Of a DNA stretch of 64,000 nucleotides, positions 21,037 to 64,000 are shown piece by piece (the first letter of the stretch is position 1; each line of letters opens with the position of its first letter). The DNA comes from Macrostomum hystrix (Eukaryota; Animalia; Platyhelminthes). The stretch is taken from positions 186,001 to 250,000 of the forward strand of contig CATNEN010000034.1 of the NCBI GenBank assembly GCA_950097015.1. The letters are read 5' to 3'. The notes below the pieces were generated by a model that saw nothing but the letters and a program-made list of their open reading frames with translations, had not been told where the DNA came from and did not search any database. A program made the translations under genes and the position numbers.

Positions 21037-21881
21037 GATCTTTGTTTCGAGTTTTTCTTTTATCCTTTTCATCATTGTTTGCACTAGGTTTTGGACAGGG
21101 CGAAAGGCATGTTTTTGTGTTGGGGGTTGGATAGATATTTATTGAGTAGCCGAATTGACTGTTTGGACGTATTGGACGCATTGGTTTTAGCACTTTTTAT
21201 GTCTGTTCATATCCATCTTTGATATGATGAGTTTCTCAATAATTTCGCCGAACTGACATTGTCGTGCACAATGTGCCGAGCTAATGTTGATTGGCGTGGC
21301 ACCAATAAGCGCCGCCGAAACGCTGATAGTATCTTTAATCCCTCTCAGGCGGCCTCATTTTTCAAAGCAATAGATCGTCATGTGATAAATCCTGGAGCTT
21401 TGCTAACACGCGTATAATGCCGACTGACTCAATTTCCAACTGGCTTTGCTGATTGGTCAGCCAATAAACGAGCTCCTGAAAATATAGAATACTTGCACTG
21501 CCTATGCATAATAGGCTGCTCACGCCTTTTTGCATTCAATACAGAATTTCAATTTAGCATTTTCCTTTGAAAATGAAATTCCTAAGTTTCACTTTAGCCA
21601 CTTCTATTTTGCTTCGTGTTGCTTTTTTAACTCATATTAAGCGCATTTCATTTCTTGACCTATCTCCCCAGTTATTCAAAAACTTCAGCGCCGAGGACCT
21701 ACAGAGGTCTTTTCGCTGTCCTCTTAGTATTTGGGGACAGATTCTTGCCCGAATCGCTTCAAATAATACAATCGAAAACCGAGGGATTGCTTGGCTTTAT
21801 TATAACAAAAAGCTAAAAAAGGGTAAGAAAGTTTCATTTTACAATGCTAATCATGTCAGGGCCTATTGTTCAGAAGCCACA

Positions 21882-24800
21882 ATGAATTTTCGTGTCCAGT
21901 CTTGCGCTAGTGACACTCTAGGACGAGCCCACAAACAGGAAATTTTGAGTAGGCCTGCTCATGTTGCACCTGCGACTGCTGCTGCCGCTAGAGGTGTGAC
22001 TGCTGCTGTTCCTAGAGGTGTGACTGCTGCTGCTCCTAGAGGTGTGACTGCTGCTGCTCCTAGAGGTGTGACTGCTGCTGTTCCTAGAGGTGTGACTGCT
22101 GCTGCTCCTAGAGGTGCGACTGCTGCTGTTCCTAGAGGTGTGACTGCTGCTGCTCCTAGAGGTGTGACTGCTGCTGTTCCTAGAGGTGTGAATGCTGCTG
22201 CTCCTAGAGGTGTGACTGCTGCTGCTCCTAGAGGTGTGACTGCTGCTGCTTCTGCCAGGAGTGCGAATGCTGGTGCCAAAGTTGTGAATGCTGATATTAG
22301 AAGTGTGAGTTCTTCTGCTGATGCAGTCAGTGAACACTGTCAGAGACGCAGTCAGTGACACAGACAGTGACGCAGTCAGTGACAGACAGTGACGCAGTCA
22401 GTGACATAGAGAGTAACACAGTCAATGACACAGACAGTGACACAGACAATAACGCAGCTAGTGACATATCCAGTAACACAGACAATAACTGCAGCCACTA
22501 ACGCAGCTAGTGACATATCCAGTAACACAGACAATAACGCAGCCACTAACGCAGCTAGTGACTATATCCAGTAACACAGACAGTAACGCAGCCACTAACG
22601 CAGCTAGTGACATATCCAGTAACACAGACAGTAACGCAGCCAGTAACGCAACTAGTGATGCAGCTAGTAACACAGTCAAAGATTCTAGGATTGAACGGTC
22701 TACGTTTAAGCTCCAAATTTCATGGAGTGAATGGACGAAAAAGGTACAATTTCAGCGTGTAGCTAAAAACTCAGTTTCTCTGCGTCAAGGAACTTCATCC
22801 AGTTGGCTGGAAGTTCTAAGAGAAAAATACCGAAAGCATTGTCTAAAGAACAAAGAAGCTAGCCACTGTGTGTTAAAGTTCAAAAATCGGTACATAAATT
22901 GGCCACGCGTTGGAGTAATAATGAAATCAAGCTACTTTTTAAAGCAGATTGCTCTCTGTCAGCATCCTGACTGCAGCATCGTCCATGACTTTAGGGTGGA
23001 AAGATTTCCCATCGAAAATCAGCCAGTGATCGTCGTAGTCACGTCACGGGGCCAAAAAAGTCACAACGACCCCACGATGTCAAGAATGACATCGCATGAG
23101 GCTAGAAAGATAAGCAAGCTCCTAGAAACTAAAGCACCAACCAATGTCCACGATAAGCTGCTTTCAGAGATGACAGAAAGAGATTTGGAAGAAAACAACT
23201 TTTCTCGTTCAAAGAACCTCGACTCCATTCGCCGGGTCAATGCAAAGCGAGTAGTGGCTGCTGAAGACCGACTTCATAGAAACGTCGAAGTTGAAATCGC
23301 AGTCATGCAGCGAGTCTTGCGTGAGAGTGACACAGAAAGCAGGAGTGTTCGCGGCTACATCCAGGCTGTATCTCGGCATCCATTTCACTTACATTTATAT
23401 ATAGAAAAGCAGCTTGAACTGACAGAGAACTGACTGACAAAAGCAGCAGATTGAAACGACCGCAATGTGTTTTGCATTTCGACGCAACTGGGAGCATAAT
23501 TAAAAAGATGGAGCATGTCGGCTCCAACATTCTAATTTACTCGCTCGTTCTATCTTCTCCCAATGAAGAAACTCGCAGTGTGCCTGTGGCCGAAATGGTT
23601 ACAAATGACCATAAGACGAAGTCCATTCAGCACTTCCTGTTTTCAGTGCGTTCTGATCTTGGCACCTTAGCTCCAAGCTCAATAATGTCTCACAGCTGCA
23701 TGCCTGCCGTCATTGTGACGGACTTTTCATGGGCTATGCTGCATTCCGTTTGCGAATCATTTGGTAATAGTTTAGAGCAGTATCTCATTGATTGCTATGC
23801 TGCAGTTCACGATGGGAGACACATTGCATACACTATTCCGTTCATCTGTTCAAACCATGCTATTCATGCTTTTGCTAGGGGCTTAAAATTAAAAGGAAGC
23901 AAAGCGGCTGACAGGGCTGTAAGGGAGCTATTAATGCACGCATTTGTTCTTTTAGTACATCAGGAGACTTATGAAGCTTTTGAATCGACTCTGACAGTAG
24001 TAAGTCAGACATTTTTGGGACAGAGATCACCCCAAAAGCTGCGAGAATTGATTTGCAATTGGCAAACTGCTGCGGAAGAAGAATTCTTAAGTAAAAGTTC
24101 TAACGAAATTGCAAAGGAAGATACTGATGGGCCGACCCAACAGCAAAAGTTCCAGTCGTTGAGGGACAAATCACCATTCATTTCGTTGCTGGAGTCACGA
24201 CAGGCTGACATTGATGCTGCATCAGAGTCAGCGGAGCCTGGGAAGTATTGCTCTCCAAAATTGCTGGTTTATCTGCTTAGGCATTGGTGTAGTTTGGCGC
24301 CACTTTTTTGCCACTTTGTTGGAAGTATAAAAACATTCAATAAGACGAAAAGTTGGTTCTCAAACTCATATGTAGAATCCTACTTTGCCGATCTGAAATC
24401 TCGAAAGCCGAAACTCGGAATATCTTCAAGAATGCGCGCATCAAATTTCATCAGCCAACAACTGAGTTATTTAAAAACGAGACTGGCGGCGTTCAACGTA
24501 TTAAGTAAGTGCGGGAAGGCCACACTTGCAGGTAGGAAGCGTAAAGCAGAAGATTTATATGAAGCTGAGGAGAGCTGGAAGAAAAAATGCCCTTCTGGCC
24601 GGTCAAAGTACAAGCGTCCACGAACGGCGCCTCGCTCCCCCAATGCAGCTGGCGGGCAGTCCCATGCTAGACTTAAAAACTGTACAAAAATCTGGCAAAC
24701 GAGCACAGGCGACAATTTAGTAGACTTTGACAAAGATTCACTGAAGCCAGGAGAGTGCCTGTCCGTCGGAATCGTAAACTCTTACATAAATCTAGTTTGC

Positions 24801-25485
24801 CACAAGCTCGCCAGTAAAAAAGTTGCTCACCTGCCATCCAGCTTCTTCGAAATGATTCGAAACGGAGATGTGAAGGATGCTGCTGCCCTTTTACAGAGCA
24901 GATCCAATGGCAAATCCAACCGCTTCGTATGCCCGATATTAGAGCGGGAACACTACTACTTGATCCTGATAAATGCCGACGATAAAACTCTCACAGTTCT
25001 GGATCCTCTGGGTCCATCCAGCCGCACCAGAATCAGTCGGTATCTGCAGCTGTGGGAGACTGTCTGCAACAGCACGCACGTGGCCACTAGCCTGTCCGGG
25101 AAGTACCGTGAGAAATCCCTGATTCGATCATTTCAAAGAGATGCTATAAGCTGCGGAATTTTCGTCTGTGTTTATGCTAAAGTTATCGCGACATCCGAAA
25201 GCAACAATTCTTACAACGCTCTTTGCATGCCAACATCAGCTAAATTCCTTGATAGAGCTCGATGCTGCATTTGGAACTTCATCGAAAAAGACATTGCGCA
25301 AACCCATGCAGTTAACAGTTTCTGCGTTAAATGTCTGGAATCAAGAGCCTCCAGTCAGCGGCCAGTGGATTCAGTGCGACCTGTGTGACGAATGGTTGCA
25401 TGTAGAATGCGCATCGAGCGAAATGCTGGACCGGCACGAGGCCAACGGATACGCCTGCTGCTGTGCTCCGTACACTGACGATTAG
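21882..25485 (+). pseudogene. MULE (NOF-like) transposase fused to a Ulp1/C48 protease and a PHD finger; frameshifts near 22350-22560, 23420 and 25345
   Basis: Zinc finger CQHPDC..KSHND. Catalytic core LHFDATG (D 23481), IVTDFS (D 23721), CSNH (23847), NSYVESYF (E 24375). Ulp1 triad EHYYL (H 24951), LDPL (D 25002), FQRDAISCG (C 25152). PHD: CVKC..WIQCDLCDEWLHVEC..CCC. Confidence 0.87.
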
Positions 25486-25946
25486 TCGCACTTCTGATGT
25501 ACTGTATTTTATTTATGCAGCCTAATTGCAACTTGCAGTTTTGCAAGCCAATATAACACTTTGAATTTAAAAATTATTTAATATGACGTCGCATTTATGC
25601 ATAGTTGCTTATGCAGCTTAAACAATATCGCTTATGTTGTAATATTTTTCCATATCTCATATGCCTTTTGCTTTGTGGTTCTTCTTTGTCCTACTTTACT
25701 TTCTGGAGTTATTTGTTAACATCTAAAATACATGCCAACTGCAAATACTTTGTGTATTAGTAAGTGTGAATAAAAACAAATATATACTAAAATCACAAAA
25801 CAAAAAGCTTTGTGAAAAACTCTGCCAAAGCCAGTCCCAAGCCTGGTTAAAAAAAGAGGAGGGTTCACAAAAGTACAATAACAGTTATATTCATTATTTT
25901 CGCAAGCTGACACTTCAGAGTTCAAACTATAAATATATAATTAACC

Positions 25947-26505
25947 GTACTGCACATGAGCACAGTAGAGTATAGGGCAGGGGGCACTTGACCCCCCACT
26001 GCTCCGAGATGCGGACTCAGAAGACTCTGAAAATTCAGACACATACTAATGGCTAATGTTTCCTCCTAGATCTAGAATTTCATGCACCTAGCTCGACTAG
26101 AAGCAGAAATGTGATTGGTACTGCACTTGAGCATAGTAGAGTACAGGGCAGGGGGCACTTGACCCCCCACTGCTCCGAGATGCGGACTCAGAAGACTCTG
26201 AAAATTCAGAAACATACTAATGGCTAATGGTTCCTATTTAGAGTCTTGAGTAATTTATTTGGTTTTACATTTTTGTTTAATTTATTAAGCGTATATTTTT
26301 GTGATTGTTTGTTAGAAATTGCATCTTTACTTTGTTTTTTATTTTCTGTACGATTGCATTATTCTAATGCAGCAATTTTTAGCGTATTTATGTTTTAGTA
26401 TAGTGAAGTTGGTCGAACTTTTGATTTTATATATGTTTTGCTTTGATTTTGCTGAAGGTTTTTCCTGGTACTGATCCTGGTACTGGTTCTGGTACTGGAA
26501 GACGT
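25947..26505 (-). repeat. Right TIR: about 1.7 inverted copies of the 171-bp unit plus the AT-rich outer part
   Basis: Reverse complement of the left TIR, from GTACTGCAC.. at 25947 to AGACGT at 26505. Confidence 0.92.
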
Positions 26506-27325
26506 GTCTTTTTCCTTTTATTATATGATTGGCCTAGACTCTGCAAGTTGAATATCGACCATACAAAAATAAATTCTTTACACTTTAAAACCACATTTTT
26601 GGACCATAATACCAAAAGATATATTTATCATAATTTATAAATAGTAACATGACTTAAGCATTAGGGACAGCCAACATACTATAGCACAAATAAGGAAATT
26701 AAGAATGACAGTCTATTACTTATACAGATTGAAAAATTAAATAAGTAATAATTTATATTCAATACATATTTATGAATAAATATGTAAACATATATAGTAA
26801 GTAATTTAAAAAGCCTAAAGACACATGTACAAGTAAAACAATTTTAAGGCAACTTACCTTCCAATGCTTTGAAATTCTAAGATTTTTTTGACGATTTAAC
26901 AGGATGGTAGTCGCTATCATAATCACTAGAAAGGATTTAACTCAACGGCTATGCAGCAACGTCTAACAGTAAAGTTTAAGCATTGATCACGACGATGTGC
27001 TGTAGCTAGGCTAAACGCTAATGTGACGCTGGTAGTATTTGAATTTTTATTGTCGCACATTAACAAAATATTTAAGTACTTCGCCATTTAAAAAAATCAA
27101 AATTTTGAACTTAGTACCGCCTTAGACTGATTTAAGCTATAAATTTTGCAACTATACTTTATTTTGTAGATTGTATAGTAACTTGAATCCTCGATATTTT
27201 ACTCTCCCGCTAATTCAAGATTTTTATTTTCATGGAACACTGTTCAACTAATTTATATTGTCTGCTCAGTCACCACACGATTTTTTGTGTGCGGCTATTT
27301 ATGCGGCTCATATTTTACATTATCT

Positions 27326-63053
<35,728 letters not shown>

Positions 63054-64000
63054 TGACGCATCCTTCCAATATTTAGGCAATGACTCATCGAGAGTTACTA
63101 AAAATAAGCATGACTCATAGACAGTAACTAAAAATAGATATGACTCATCGAGAGTTAACGAAACTTGCAGTGGCTCATAAGTTCGATTAGCGAGTCAAAT
63201 TACAGCTGTTTATAAAAGTATACTCGATTGACAAAGTGTGACGCCTACTTCTAGTATTAAAACAGTATATACCACTTCCCAAGTTGCTACTGCGAGTAGG
63301 CAGATCATGTGATTACTATCTAAAGAGTTTGTTTAACTGACACATTATTTTGCTGTTGATTTGTATCTGTGTTACCAATTGTTGCTTTGCTGATCTTGTT
63401 TGTTTGTAATAATTTCGCTAATTATTTCCTTGCTTAATATTGATTTAGTAACTGAATTTTTCAGCATTATTTTTACAGTTTCACATCTGTCATTTTCTCT
63501 GTAGGGGAGTAGGATTTTATGTTCGCCTCGGCAGTTATCTGCTCGCATCTGTGCTCTGCGTTATTCGACTCAAAGGTGCAAAATCTGAGCTTTTCTCGTC
63601 AGTTTTGAGCAATGAAAGAATCCGAATGAGGGTATTTCACTCCAGGCTCGTAAGTGTTATGAGCAATTTTATTTCTGTCTGATCAGCAATGGCTTCAACG
63701 TTTGTGTTCGTATTATTAAGAATAAAATTCAAAAACTTGCCCTAATTGCGAATCATATCCATTTGAAAAAAAGTTAATTTCGTCTTTGCTGAAACAATGC
63801 AATGGTGTTTTGAGAATTTCTGCTTAAACTTACTTGAACCCCAAATCGAAGAAGCTTGTCGCCATCCACCTGTACATACACATTTTTGCTTGATGTCACC
63901 TCCATTTATCATTAACCCACGCGAGTTTCGGAAAACTAGTTCGCAATTTTGTTTCTAGAAGTCTACAGCTTGTGAATCGAATGCCACACCAACCAAATGG

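Larger units (their letters stand above)
20074..26505 (+). mobile_element. Mutator/MULE DNA transposon of Foldback (NOF-like) type, about 6.4 kb
   Basis: Termini ACGTCT...AGACGT, flanked by direct repeat GTCTTTTT (20066-73, 26506-13), which extends to 9 bp as TGTCTTTTT. About 560-bp inverted repeats at each end. MULE transposase inside. Confidence 0.9.

Noticed and set aside
21567-21881. 5' extension of ORF 21567-22358
   Set aside because: It starts at TTG in AT-rich sequence just downstream of CCAAT boxes; more likely the 5' UTR of the MULE gene, with ATG at 21882.

Overview
Eukaryotic (invertebrate animal) genomic DNA. The repeat-rich introns, GC-rich exons and 80-90 bp short introns are compatible with a flatworm such as Macrostomum, but that assignment is inference only. 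Positions 1-27 kb are a dense, partly nested transposon cluster. In order it contains: a possible Crypton tail; an intact Tc1 (DD34E) element with TIRs and TA TSD; an EnSpm/CACTA element with an intron-containing transposase and a spliced B-box/coiled-coil/BEN accessory gene; a 5'-truncated Gypsy with its 3' LTR; a Polinton/Maverick fragment (integrase, PZ-like, major capsid, protease); a mariner MITE; a Penelope 3' end with a degenerate hammerhead ribozyme; and a 6.4-kb Foldback-type Mutator (NOF-like) element. The Mutator has long modular TIRs and a TSD, and its transposase is fused to a Ulp1-type protease and a PHD finger. Positions 27.3-63.1 kb hold one host gene, an otopetrin proton-channel homologue. 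I reconstruct it as 8 phase-compatible exons (950 aa). Its introns are filled with minisatellites, SINEs and an antisense Penelope. Most long ORFs in the supplied track between 32 and 61 kb are artefacts of tandem repeats. All calls are by eye from motifs; no database searches were run.
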